Assembly (NCBI GenBank): GCA_965212015.1
Contig: OZ243037.1
Location: forward strand, 1-64,000
Reading direction: 5' to 3'
DNA length: 64,000 nucleotides
From: Cenarchaeum sp.
Lineage (GTDB): Archaea; Thermoproteota; Nitrososphaeria; Nitrososphaerales; Nitrosopumilaceae
The position numbers and the translations under genes were made by a program. Under the pieces are notes generated by a model, which did no database searches, was not told the DNA's origin, and saw only the letters and a program-made list of their open reading frames with translations. Of this stretch, positions 41,322-50,961 are shown in pieces (the stretch's first letter is position 1; each line of letters begins with the position of its first letter).

Positions 41322-41933
41322 TTATTTCAGCTTTTCAAGCACCGAAAGGTTGACCAGGTTCGTCATTGTTATGCCCTTTCTGATGACGTCCCGGCGCGTC
41401 TTTTCGCAATACTTGTTTACGCTCTGGTGGCTCTTTTCGCTAGAGACTTCGAGCACCACGATGTTTCCGCTGTACGGAAAGACGAACTTTTGCGGGACCG
41501 TAGAGCACACCTCCATGTGGCAGATTCCTGCCTTGCCGATCTTTTCCTTTTTTGCAATGATTGACGCAATCTCGCAGATGTCCTCTGTCTCTACGTATTC
41601 CAGATAGTACACAGAGACAAAGTTCATGTTCTCCTGCGCTTCTCTCTCAAAGAGATCCTCATCGATGCTAAAGACAAAGGCCGCCTTTTCCTGCCTGTAC
41701 TTTTCAATCTTTTTGAGAATTCGCTCGTCGTTTTTGAACTTTGCAAGAAGATAGTGGTTGGCAGACGACGAAAAATACGGGCTGCTTTCGTCTGAGAACG
41801 TGGCGGTGACAAAAAACATGTCGTCAATGTCCTTTGAGTGTAGCCACTGGTCCTTTAGCTCGATGGAGTTGTGGTCGTGAATGTACGGGGTGCAGACATA
41901 CCCGCTTATGGTCCCTTGTGACACTGAATCCAA
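41322..41933 (-). CDS. conserved hypothetical protein
   Basis: ~203-aa ORF from TTG at 41933; the longer upstream extension overlaps the tRNA promoter. Confidence 0.7.
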   Translation of the reverse strand: MDSVSQGTISGYVCTPYIHDHNSIELKDQWLHSKDIDDMFFVTATFSDESSPYFSSSANHYLLAKFKNDERILKKIEKYRQEKAAFVFSIDEDLFEREAQENMNFVSVYYLEYVETEDICEIASIIAKKEKIGKAGICHMEVCSTVPQKFVFPYSGNIVVLEVSSEKSHQSVNKYCEKTRRDVIRKGITMTNLVNLSVLEKLK

Positions 41934-42039
41934 CGTTCTGGACTGTCCATATTTAATATTTGTCCGCCTGCGCGCACGCTTGGCTGCGTTTTTCTGCCTA
42001 CGATAGTTATTTAATGCCAAGAAACCCCGAGGAATTTGT

Positions 42040-42160
42040 CCCAAGCTAGCTCAGCCTGGTAGAGCTTCCGGCTGTAGATGTCGGCTTTAGGCTGACCGTA
42101 CAACAGCATATCAGGCATACAGAGACCGGGTTGTCGAAGGTTCAATTCCTTCGCTTGGGA
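42040..42160 (+). tRNA. tRNA-Tyr(GTA) with ~47-nt intron at 37/38
   Basis: Acceptor CCCAAGC/GCTTGGG plus A73 (archaeal C1:G72), D arm GCTC/GAGC, CT-GTA-G, T arm GAAGG-TTCAATT-CCTTC. Confidence 0.93.
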
Positions 42161-42330
42161 CTCACAATCTTGTATCCGGCGCGCCGGTCCGTCTCTGGGT
42201 TTTGCGGCGCGCAGGCCGGCGACGATCAATGCCGCCGGTTCGGACTTGGAAAGTTTTCCGGCGCCGTTTTGCATTTTTAAAAAATCCTGCACCGCATGCT
42301 GCCAAATGATCACGGAATTTCTTCACAAGG

Positions 42331-42337
42331 TTTAATA
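42331..42337 (+). promoter_or_regulatory. TATA box for a probably leaderless aEF-2 transcript
   Basis: TTTAATA 24-30 nt upstream of ATG 42361. Confidence 0.55.
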
Positions 42338-42360
42338 CCCTATATCAAAGGTTTGCGAAT

Positions 42361-44553
42361 ATGGCAAAGTTCAAGTCGACCGAACAGGTCCTCAAGATAA
42401 TCAAAAACAAGGATCAGATTAGAAACTTTGGAGTCATTGCGCACGTGGATCACGGCAAGACCACCATGAGCGACAGCTTACTGGCGCACTCTGGGATAAT
42501 CGCGCCGTCAGCTGCGGGTTCCGCGCTTGCAATGGATTTTGACAAGGAAGAGCAAGAGCGGGGAATTACCATATACCAGGCAAACGTTACCCTACATTAC
42601 ACGCAAAAGGACAGGGAATACGTCATCAACATGATAGACACCCCGGGCCACGTGGATTTCAGCGGCAGGGTGATACGGAGCTTGCGCGCAATCGACGGGG
42701 CAGTCGTGGTGTGCGACGCAGTCGAGGGAATAATGACGCAGACCGAAACGGTCACCAGGATGGCACTAGAGGAGCGCGTAAAGCCGGTGCTGTTCATCAA
42801 CAAGGTGGACAGGCTCATCAAGGAGCTGCGCCTGACACCTGAAAAGATGCAAGAGACGCTTGCATCGGTGGTCTCCAACTTTAACCAGCTGCTAGACACG
42901 TACGCCGAGGAGGAATACAAGGACAAGTGGAAGGTGTCCATCCAGGAGGCCAGCGTCACGTTCGGCTCTGCAAAGGACAGGTGGGCGATAAACGTGGACG
43001 CAATGAAGGAAAAGGGAATAACATTCAAGGACGTAATTGACGCATATACCGAGGGCAAGATCGACGGTCTGGTCGAAAAGGCCCCGCTTGCCGATGCCGT
43101 ACTGGGAATGGTGGTAAAGCACCATCCGCCCCCGCACGAGGCGCAGATATACCGGATACCGAAGATCTGGCACGGCGACTTGGATTCGGACATCGGCAAG
43201 GCCCTGCTGGCATGCAAGGACGACGGCCCCACCATAATGATGGTGGTAAACATGGTGCTAGACAAGGCCGCCGGACCCGTCGCCATAGGCAGGCTGTTCT
43301 CCGGGGTAATCCGGGACGGGCAGACCATAAACATAATCGACGCCAAGCGCCAGGGAAGGATACAGTCGGTGAACTTTTTCATGGGAAACCAGAGGGAACA
43401 GGTGGGCGAGCTCGGCGCCGGAAACATTCCTGCGCTGATGGGGCTGACTGAATCGCGCGCCGGAAACACCCTGTCGTCGGTGGGGGGCATCAAGGTCTTT
43501 GAGGGGGTCAACTATGTCTCCGAGCCCGTAGTCCAGGTGGCAGTGGAGCCAAAGCATCCAAAGGACCTGCCAAAGCTAGTAGAGGTGCTCAAGCAGCTGA
43601 CCATCGAGGATCCCAATTTGGTGGTAAAGATCGACGAGGAGAGCGGCGAGACCATAGTGGCCGGCATGGGCGTGCTGCATCTTGATGTTGCGACGCACCG
43701 AATCCAGGACGCAAAGGTGGACATTATCACGTCTGAGCCGCTCATCAACTATCGCGAGACGGTAAGGCAGGGCTGCGAGCCTGTCATGTCAAAGTCGCCA
43801 AACCGGCACAACAAGATATTCATGAAGGTAGAGCCGCTAGAGCCAAAGATAGGCGACATGCTCCGCTCGGGACAGATAAGCGAGATGAAGGACAAAAAGG
43901 AAATGGCCGAGCTGCTCAAGGCGCAGGGATGGGACAACGACACCGTAAAGCGCGTAATGAAGCTAGACTCGCGCGGCAATGTAATGATCAACGGCACCAA
44001 GGGCGTGCAGTTCGTACAGGAGAGCACGGATTCCATAAACTCTGGATTCGACGACGTGATGAAGGAGGGCCCGATGTGCAGGGAGCAGATGAGGGACTGC
44101 AAGTTTACATTTACGCACTTTGTTCCGCACGAGGACACCGCGCACCGGGGCCTCTCGCAGCTGGGTCCGGCATCCAGGCGCGCGTGCATGGGCGCGCTGC
44201 TTACCGCCGGAACGTCGCTGCTAGAGCCGATTCTTGCAATCGAGGTAAGGGTTCCGACTGACATGGTGGGAAACGTGGCAACTGTCCTTTCCGGAAAGCG
44301 CGGCAAGGTGCTAGACATGGTGCAAAAGGGCGCAATGAGCATAGTGACCGGCGAGATTCCCGCATCGGAGACCTTTTCGCTGTCCGAAGACATGAGGGGG
44401 CAGACGGCGGGCAAGGCAATGTGGAACTCGCACTTTAAACAGTGGGCCGAGGTTCCAAAGTCCAGGCTGGCCGATGCCATAGCGGACATAAGAAAGAGAA
44501 AGGGGCTTGCCGAGGATCCTCCCGGAATCGGCGAGTTCATAGACAGGGAATAA
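42361..44553 (+). CDS. fusA: translation elongation factor 2 (aEF-2)
   Basis: AHVDHGKTT, RGITI, DTPGHVDF, NKVD; diphthamide loop HED.AHRG. Confidence 0.98.
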   Translation: MAKFKSTEQVLKIIKNKDQIRNFGVIAHVDHGKTTMSDSLLAHSGIIAPSAAGSALAMDFDKEEQERGITIYQANVTLHYTQKDREYVINMIDTPGHVDFSGRVIRSLRAIDGAVVVCDAVEGIMTQTETVTRMALEERVKPVLFINKVDRLIKELRLTPEKMQETLASVVSNFNQLLDTYAEEEYKDKWKVSIQEASVTFGSAKDRWAINVDAMKEKGITFKDVIDAYTEGKIDGLVEKAPLADAVLGMVVKHHPPPHEAQIYRIPKIWHGDLDSDIGKALLACKDDGPTIMMVVNMVLDKAAGPVAIGRLFSGVIRDGQTINIIDAKRQGRIQSVNFFMGNQREQVGELGAGNIPALMGLTESRAGNTLSSVGGIKVFEGVNYVSEPVVQVAVEPKHPKDLPKLVEVLKQLTIEDPNLVVKIDEESGETIVAGMGVLHLDVATHRIQDAKVDIITSEPLINYRETVRQGCEPVMSKSPNRHNKIFMKVEPLEPKIGDMLRSGQISEMKDKKEMAELLKAQGWDNDTVKRVMKLDSRGNVMINGTKGVQFVQESTDSINSGFDDVMKEGPMCREQMRDCKFTFTHFVPHEDTAHRGLSQLGPASRRACMGALLTAGTSLLEPILAIEVRVPTDMVGNVATVLSGKRGKVLDMVQKGAMSIVTGEIPASETFSLSEDMRGQTAGKAMWNSHFKQWAEVPKSRLADAIADIRKRKGLAEDPPGIGEFIDRE

Positions 44554-44557
44554 CTAG

Positions 44558-45133
44558 TCAGACCCGAATCCAGCCCGTCTGTATTATTCTGCGGTCCTCT
44601 GCCTCCCCCGTGCCGGTGGCGTACCTCCACACCTGCCCGTCTGCCTGCATCTTTGCCTTAATCTCCGAGATTGCGGCAATCTCAGAATCCAGGTTCGAGC
44701 CGGCGCTGCCGCACTCGCGGCAAAACGTGCACTTGGAGTCCAGCTCTAGCGGATCTGACTCTATCACGGGGTACGCCCTGCACGCAAGCGGCCTCTCATT
44801 GTATATCATGCACGTAAAGCCGTTGTGCGGCGATCTTTTGGGGCTGTCCGTGTCCAAAAACGGGCACACGTCTCCGTTTTGCTGCCTTCCCATCATCTGG
44901 TATGCAAGAATTTTTTCGGGTCCTGCGGCACCCGCATCTGACAGGCCGATTCTTGGCAGTATCGTGACTTTGATTTTTCTGTCGCCTGCCATCTTTTCTA
45001 TCCTGTTTTTCTCCCCGGGCAGTATCAGCACCCCTATCTTGCCGAATCTCTTGCTCGGATAGTACTCCCTTTTTATGCAGCACTCCGAGCAGTCCCTGAC
45101 GCACTCGAATTTGCGGATCACCGGTTGCTCCAC
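44558..45133 (-). CDS. YkgJ-family cysteine cluster protein
   Basis: C...C..CC, CPFL, C.IY.ERPL.CR.YP. Confidence 0.88.
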   Translation of the reverse strand: MEQPVIRKFECVRDCSECCIKREYYPSKRFGKIGVLILPGEKNRIEKMAGDRKIKVTILPRIGLSDAGAAGPEKILAYQMMGRQQNGDVCPFLDTDSPKRSPHNGFTCMIYNERPLACRAYPVIESDPLELDSKCTFCRECGSAGSNLDSEIAAISEIKAKMQADGQVWRYATGTGEAEDRRIIQTGWIRV

Positions 45134-45306
45134 CTGTCCTTGTTGAACATTACAAAGCTTGCCATAAAGACTGCCAGCATTGCAATGCCGGTGACGTATG
45201 CGAAAAGATCCTGGGGATCATTGTAGTGCATGGCAAGCGTGGCGACTAGCAAGACAACACCCAAGAACATGAGCATCCTGTGAAGCTCCATACGCCTAAT
45301 CCGCAC
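45118..45306 (-). CDS. small two-TM membrane protein
   Basis: Two hydrophobic helices; overlaps the YkgJ start. Confidence 0.65.
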   Translation of the reverse strand: MRIRRMELHRMLMFLGVVLLVATLAMHYNDPQDLFAYVTGIAMLAVFMASFVMFNKDRWSNR

Positions 45307-45550
45307 GTGATCCTATTTACCGTTTGGCATTTGACGAATTGGGATGTTTGGATCCGCCGGCACGGGCCCTGCTGCGGTAGTATAGTTAAATGTGTGGCGT
45401 TTTGGTTTTTTTGCATGTCCCTAAAACCGCTCGTCCTGCCTGCCGGCGGAATTTTTTTGCTGGTTCTGGGCGCATTTTTTCGCTTGTGGAGCACAATGTG
45501 GGATCTGTTCCGTACTTTACGTACGGGTGCGTGTTTGAAACTGCGGACTT

Positions 45551-46005
45551 GTGGCCCATCACGGCAGGGGCATCGGGACCGGGTCGTGCTATTACAACAT
45601 TTCACTTTTCGTAATCATACTATGCATTCTAGGTGCCGGTGCGTTTTTGGCGTTTAGCGGGCTCAAAAACCGCAATCCCGACAGGTGCACACCGGTGCAC
45701 ACAGCCGCTGACGCTGCGGCCTCCGGCGGCGTCATACCGGTGATGATCCTTGCCGTACTTGTGCCAATAGCGGAATGCCGGGCGGGGGGGCCGGTGCCTG
45801 TATGAGGACGAGCCGTATCCGGTGCGGTATTCGCCAGAGTTCTTTGAGGGGCTTTTCGGGGATAAATACGATGGCGGCGAGTTTACCATTGCAGACATGG
45901 TGGACATGATGTACCGGAGCGATTAACGAGACAAGGGAGTTTCTTGTGGAGCGCATAAAGCTGCCAGGGAACAGGGTGGACCATCTGCACAATGCCGGCC
46001 CCTGA
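45551..46005 (+). pseudogene. probable frameshifted membrane-protein remnant
   Basis: Protein-like segments in successive frames (SLFVIILCILGAGAF...; YEDEPYPVRYSPEFF...; NETREFLVERIKL...). Confidence 0.35.
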
Positions 46006-46065
46006 ATCCGGCCGGATGATTCGGGGATGGATGCGCTAGAGAAAACTTTGTAATTTCACGCGTCA

Positions 46066-46443
46066 CTAAACCAGCACTGCGTTGACGATTCCGTCCTGGC
46101 CGGGTCTTGAGACCACCCTGCATTTTCCGTCCGGCGTCTCTAGTATGGCCCCCTTTGTAATAATGCCGCGCCTCTGATAGTCGTTGTTGGTGGGGTTTTC
46201 CAAAACCTTGATGATCTTTGTCTTTTTGACCTTGGCGCCGGCGCCGGCCAAATTTGCAAAGTCGATGGTCTTTAGCGCCGTTTTCTGGTTCTTTCCGCGA
46301 ACGTTTCTTGTTACGGTCTCTTGCGCCGCAGTCAGTGCCTCGTTTGGATACCTGTCAATCTCGTATTTTCTCCTGATTCGCAGCGGGTGGCGCCTGCCGC
46401 CTGTAAGCTTGCTGGTTGCAAGGTTTTCTACTGATTTTCGCAC
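46066..46443 (-). CDS. rps8e: 30S ribosomal protein S8e
   Basis: TGG.....R.RRKYE, VRG.N.K, R.IITKGAI, SRPGQDG.VNAVL. Confidence 0.97.
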   Translation of the reverse strand: MRKSVENLATSKLTGGRRHPLRIRRKYEIDRYPNEALTAAQETVTRNVRGKNQKTALKTIDFANLAGAGAKVKKTKIIKVLENPTNNDYQRRGIITKGAILETPDGKCRVVSRPGQDGIVNAVLV

Positions 46444-46485
46444 GCCACATGTCCTGTGCGCTCTAATTTATACAAACCTACTGCG

Positions 46486-47031
46486 TCACGCCGCCTGTCT
46501 CTGGGAGGTCTTTCTGACCTTGTCGAACAGCTTTTGCCTCAGCGTGTCGTGATCCCCCTGTATGCCGAAATATTTCTGGAACTTTTCGGTGGTGGTGTAA
46601 ATTTTCAGCCTGCCTACGTTCTGGTTTGAGATATAGTCAAGCTGTCTGAGCTCCTTTAGGTGGGCATACACGCCTGACCCCCTCGTCTCCACAAGCTCCC
46701 TTGATGAGATGGGCTGCTTGTACGCTATATACGACAGGGTCTTTAGCGTGGCCTTTGGCAGTATGGGCTTTGATGCGTATCTCCTGACTATGTTGCTGTA
46801 TTCTGGCTTTAGTTGAAACACGTACGAGCCGTCGGGAAGCGCGGCTATCTCTATGGACCTGAAGGCCGATTTCGTCTTTTTCATTATGGCCAGCAGCAGC
46901 TCTGCTGTCTTTGTGCGCGATTCGGTGCCTGATGCGCGGATTAACTCCTCTATGGTAAGCGGCCTTCCGGCAGAGTACAGCGACGCCTCGATTCTCGCCG
47001 CCGCCTCCTTTTCATCGTCTATTCTGGCCAT
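46486..47031 (-). CDS. scpB: SMC-Scp complex subunit ScpB
   Basis: IEA.L...G.PL, LKTLSYIAYKQPI...EL...RG, Y.TTEKF..YFG. Confidence 0.93.
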   Translation of the reverse strand: MARIDDEKEAAARIEASLYSAGRPLTIEELIRASGTESRTKTAELLLAIMKKTKSAFRSIEIAALPDGSYVFQLKPEYSNIVRRYASKPILPKATLKTLSYIAYKQPISSRELVETRGSGVYAHLKELRQLDYISNQNVGRLKIYTTTEKFQKYFGIQGDHDTLRQKLFDKVRKTSQRQAA

Positions 47032-47082
47032 GACCCGGTCTTACTCAGGCGCAATTAAAATGAGCCCCCCCTGCTCCTTTGA

Positions 47083-47745
47083 TCATGTCGTCAAGTTATC
47101 CTTCAGCGTGACCCTAATGTCGTCGCCTGCCTGCTCGATGTCGATTTTATTGTCCATTGCCAGGAACAGCACTGCAAAAAAGCACCTTATGGAGTCGATG
47201 GGGCCCAGCTCCCTCACTATATGGTTTAAAAACCCGAATCCCGCGCCTTTGATCTTTCTGACTATGAGATCCTCGTATTTTCCAATAATGTTCTCCAGCG
47301 GTATTACGTAATCGGTGAGGCTCGGGGGATCCAGCGGCTCAAAGGCTGATCGCTTGCGGCTGTTTTTGGGGTTGGCAAGCGAGCCTATCAGGTTCTCTAG
47401 CAGCCCTAGCAGCTCATCGAGGGTGACAGGATAGGTGGATTCGTGCCTGTACGGGATGTCGATCAGCTCGATGTTTATGTCGGATCTCTGCGTGAGGGGC
47501 TTTTTCTCCATTGCCAGCTTTTGCAGGGCAAATATGCTCTCGACTTTCATCCTGTAAATCAGCGACGATGACAGCGCGGCCATTCCTGCGACCCTCAGAT
47601 CCTTTCTTCCGGATCTCTCCAGAATCCTGACAAGCATGTCGAGTATCTTTATCAGATCAATCTCCCAGACGTCCCTTTTTGGTATGGTGGAGGGGTTAAA
47701 CAGAATGTTTACGGGCTCGTGCGACAATCCCTGCGTCTCGTCCAT
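47083..47745 (-). CDS. scpA: segregation/condensation kleisin ScpA
   Basis: DVWEIDL, G.A.L.S...RMK, VTLDEL, FFAVLFL motifs; adjacent to scpB. Confidence 0.88.
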   Translation of the reverse strand: MDETQGLSHEPVNILFNPSTIPKRDVWEIDLIKILDMLVRILERSGRKDLRVAGMAALSSSLIYRMKVESIFALQKLAMEKKPLTQRSDINIELIDIPYRHESTYPVTLDELLGLLENLIGSLANPKNSRKRSAFEPLDPPSLTDYVIPLENIIGKYEDLIVRKIKGAGFGFLNHIVRELGPIDSIRCFFAVLFLAMDNKIDIEQAGDDIRVTLKDNLTT

Positions 47746-47839
47746 ACCATTGGTTTTTCTGGCAAGATAATATTTAGGTGCTCTACTTTTTTGTTCCTTC
47801 CAGTCAACTCTTATATTATAACGCCCGGAATCATACCCG

Positions 47840-48898
47840 TTGAAGGCGGCAAGAATAGTGGAGCCCAAAAAACCACTGCAAATCTCCGAGATCGACTCCC
47901 CGGTGCCGCAGGGTGCAGAGGTAGTCGTTGGCGTAAAATCCGCAGGCGTATGTCACAGCGACTTGCACCTGTGGGAGGGCGGCTACGATCTGGGAGACGG
48001 GTTTCTCAAGGTTACCGACAGGGGCGTAAAATACCCCGTAACGCCGGGCCATGAAATCGCCGGCACCGTCTCTGCGATGGGCCCCGACGTCGCAGGTCTG
48101 GCAATCGGCGACTCGGTACTGGTCTATCCGTGGCTTGGCTGCGGCCGGTGCCCCACGTGCGAGGCAGGAGACGAGAATCTGTGCGACACCCCAAAATCAA
48201 TCGGCCTGTTCCGGGACGGGGGGTATGCAGAGTATGTAAAAATACCAAACTACAAGTATCTGGCAAAAATCGGCAGTCTGGACCCTGATAGCGCCACGTC
48301 GATTGCGTGCGCGGGACTCACCGCGTACAGCGCGGTAAAAAAGGCAAACGCCAGCTCGCCTGCATCCATAGTGGTGATCGGCGCCGGCGGCCTGGGGCTG
48401 ATGTGCATCCAGATCGCCAAGGCAGTAACGTCTGCCAGGATAATCTGCGTAGATCTTGACGAGAACAAGCTTGCAATTGCGCAAGAGATGGGTGCTGATT
48501 TTGTCGTAAACTCTGGCGCAGACGGCCCAGAGGGCACGGTGCAAAAAATCATCGCGCTGTGCGACGGCAAGGGCGCCGACAGCGTCATTGACTTTGTCAA
48601 CGCGCCACAGACTGCAAGGACCGGCCTGTCGATTCTCCGAAAGCGGGGACAGCTAATACTAGTCGGCCTGTTTGGCGGCAAGCTCGACATTTCCCTGGTC
48701 ACAATCCCGCTGAAATCCATCACCATACGGGGGGCATACACGGGAAACTATGCCGACATGGTGGAGCTAATCGAGCTTGCCAAAAAGGGCACGATAAACC
48801 CCAGAATCACAAGGCATTATTCGCTTGATGACGCAAACAGCGCGTTTGACGATCTGCGGGAAAGAAGGATCAACGGACGGGCCGTAATAAACCCGTGA
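47840..48898 (+). CDS. zinc-dependent alcohol dehydrogenase
   Basis: GVCHSD, PGHE.AG, CG.C..C...C structural Zn site, GAGGLG. Confidence 0.95.
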   Translation: MKAARIVEPKKPLQISEIDSPVPQGAEVVVGVKSAGVCHSDLHLWEGGYDLGDGFLKVTDRGVKYPVTPGHEIAGTVSAMGPDVAGLAIGDSVLVYPWLGCGRCPTCEAGDENLCDTPKSIGLFRDGGYAEYVKIPNYKYLAKIGSLDPDSATSIACAGLTAYSAVKKANASSPASIVVIGAGGLGLMCIQIAKAVTSARIICVDLDENKLAIAQEMGADFVVNSGADGPEGTVQKIIALCDGKGADSVIDFVNAPQTARTGLSILRKRGQLILVGLFGGKLDISLVTIPLKSITIRGAYTGNYADMVELIELAKKGTINPRITRHYSLDDANSAFDDLRERRINGRAVINP

Positions 48899-48909
48899 AA
48901 AAATAATCC

Positions 48910-49074
48910 CTAAAAGACTGCCACGTCGCCCGGCGTCGGCCCGCGCTCCTTGCTGTGCTCTGCGGAATCCCTGTGGCGCGTTTTCTGGTGCTCTGCGAGC
49001 TCTTGCATGTCCGCAAAGCCCTCGTGGCAGACATAGCACTTTGGCTTGTCCTCGTCGGCAAGTGGTAGTACCAT
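48910..49074 (-). CDS. small C2H2 zinc-finger protein
   Basis: Manual translation MVLPLADEDKPKCYVCHEGFADMQELAEHQKTRH...GDVAVF; below the ORF-track cutoff. Confidence 0.8.
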   Translation of the reverse strand: MVLPLADEDKPKCYVCHEGFADMQELAEHQKTRHRDSAEHSKERGPTPGDVAVF

Positions 49075-49222
49075 GGATGCCCGTCATTCCGCCGGATAAT
49101 TAATTTTTTGCATTCTGACCCGACACATCTGCATCATTTGTAGCGTTCATCTTTGCCTGCCATTCGCGTATCGCTTTTTGAAACTCTGGAGCAAGACTGT
49201 CTATCTGATCCGGGCTAATGGG

Positions 49223-49271
49223 TCCCTCACATGGTGAGGGATTCAAAGTTTCCAATCGTGATTCCGATCCA
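49223..49271. repeat. dispersed ~50-bp repeat, also at ~23707-23754 and ~26437-26484
   Basis: Identical 31-bp core ATTCAAAGTTTCCAATCGTGATTCCGATCCA plus partly conserved TCCC.CACA.GG upstream. Confidence 0.9.
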
Positions 49272-49278
49272 TACCCTG

Positions 49279-50330
49279 TGCTCTGTGTCACAACTCCCTT
49301 ACCTCATATCGTGATCCTCCCACCCGTGCCAGAGCAATCCAACCCACACCGGTATGACGTCATGCGGCCAGCACCATCCTGTTGTATATGGCCATCTTTA
49401 GTGCCATCTCGTGCATCATGTTCTCTTTTTTGTGTGCCATGACTGATTCTCCGAACATTCTCTTTATTGCAGAGAATAACGATTCAACAAGCCATCGTTT
49501 TCCATATCCGGAGGATTTCTTCCATTCCGAATAGTCGTGTTTTTGAATCCTGACTGCCATCCGGCGCGGATATGACGGCGTGTCAGATCTTGAATTTTTT
49601 CTGACGGGTACTGCCAGTTTAATATTATTGTAATACATGTCGTCAAATATCACTCTGGAATCATACGCGCCGTCTGCCAGCACACATCTCTGCATTGCTG
49701 TGACTGCTCTACCAGTTCTGTAAAATGATTTGAATCATGCGAGCTTTCATCCGTAGTTACAAATCCCGTTGTCTTTCCGGAATCTACGTTAATGGCGGCG
49801 TGTATTTTTATGAATCCCTTTCTTGTCACGCCATGTTTTTCTCGCATCCAGTCGCCCCTGTTTGTTACTTTTATTCCCGTGCTGTCTATTGCAATTACAA
49901 TTGTACCGTGTGTCTTTCTGTCTGTGGTAAGATCTAAATCCAGGTTGTTGATCCGTTTGCAGATGGTAGAATATGATGGCACTGTTGTATGCATTCCAAA
50001 CAACGATTCTGCAAGGCCCTATGTCTGTCTGTATGGCAGTCTAAAGTAGAGATGAATGTATGCCAGAACGGTAATCATTTCATCAGAATATAGGAATCTG
50101 CGTCCCGTCTTTCCCTTGTTCATCCTATTCCGATCTCTCTCGAATGATTTCAGGACACGTTTGTCGATGTGGATGACTCCGCGGTCCCTTAACCTGCAGT
50201 CATAATCCGAATTTTTACCCACGGTGTGGTCGTGTAGTCATGATCTAAAGCTTTTTGGGTTGGATTATGTGGACAGGCAGCCTAGATTAGTTTACGCTGG
50301 AAAAAATTAGGCAGCTTGTGACACAGAGCA
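49279..50330 (-). mobile_element. IS5-family (IS903-like) insertion sequence, decayed
   Basis: Perfect 15-bp TIRs TGCTCTGTGTCACAA (49279-49293) and TTGTGACACAGAGCA (50316-50330); no TSD visible. Confidence 0.9.
49360..50222 (-). pseudogene. IS903-like transposase broken into three ORFs
   Basis: GR...YSD, LPYRQT, P.YSTICKR, IDSTG.K...GDW.REKH, K.H.A, ADGAYD, W...GY..R..VES motifs spread over 50019-50222, 49650-50003 and 49360-49695. Confidence 0.9.
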
Positions 50331-50552
50331 GAACTGGACGTAAAAGACTGAGTTAAAATCAGGGGCAGATTCCGTGCGGCCTGCACGACTCGAGAATCCC
50401 CGGCTTTTGCCGGACATGGACGGCCAGGCACTTTTGAGTGTGCCTGTGCGGGCCTGCCAGCTTAAAGAAATCAAACCCTGTTAACTATATTTTCTGACCC
50501 TGCCTGAAAAAATGCAACAAAACCATACCTTCCTGTGAGCGGACAGGAATTG

Positions 50553-50693
50553 ATGCCAGTCAACAAGAAATTCTACTCGGACTGTAACGCGTATTTTGAC
50601 TATCTGCGAAGGCGCAGAAAAAACGACTTTGGCTTTGAGGACGAGTTCTATTATACAATGCCCGCAGTCTCTTCAAAATCCGCCCTGGACTAG
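50553..50693 (+). CDS. small hypothetical protein
   Basis: Manual translation MPVNKKFYSDCNAYFDYLRRRRKNDFGFEDEFYYTMPAVSSKSALD. Confidence 0.55.
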   Translation: MPVNKKFYSDCNAYFDYLRRRRKNDFGFEDEFYYTMPAVSSKSALD

Positions 50694-50961
50694 TTCGCCG
50701 CAAGATTTGGGGGCAGTCAGGAGGATGCTGCGAGTCTGGCAGGCGTACCAGTTGCATTATCTCAGGACATGGGATGCGCATATTGTAATGTGCGCGCAGA
50801 GCACTGGGAGGCAGCATGGACGCGCGCGGCGATCTCACAGCAAGGCCTATTACAAGCTGCGGCAAAGGCGATCCCATGCAGCCGATGACGGGAAACGGCG
50901 GGCCGACAATCCGGGGCACCGCCACGGTAAAGGGCGCGGGGGCAGGCTGAGCATTCTGTCA

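Noticed and set aside
42597-44630. Long antisense ORFs (304 and 293 aa) opposite aEF-2, and similar shadows opposite purL, uvrA/B and leuB
   Set aside because: Shadow frames expected from GC-biased codon usage; no protein motifs
50596-50961. Long N-terminal extension of uracil-DNA glycosylase (and 50991-51497 extension of MPG)
   Set aside because: Low-complexity Arg-rich translations that overlap other genes; homology starts at ~50962 and 51498
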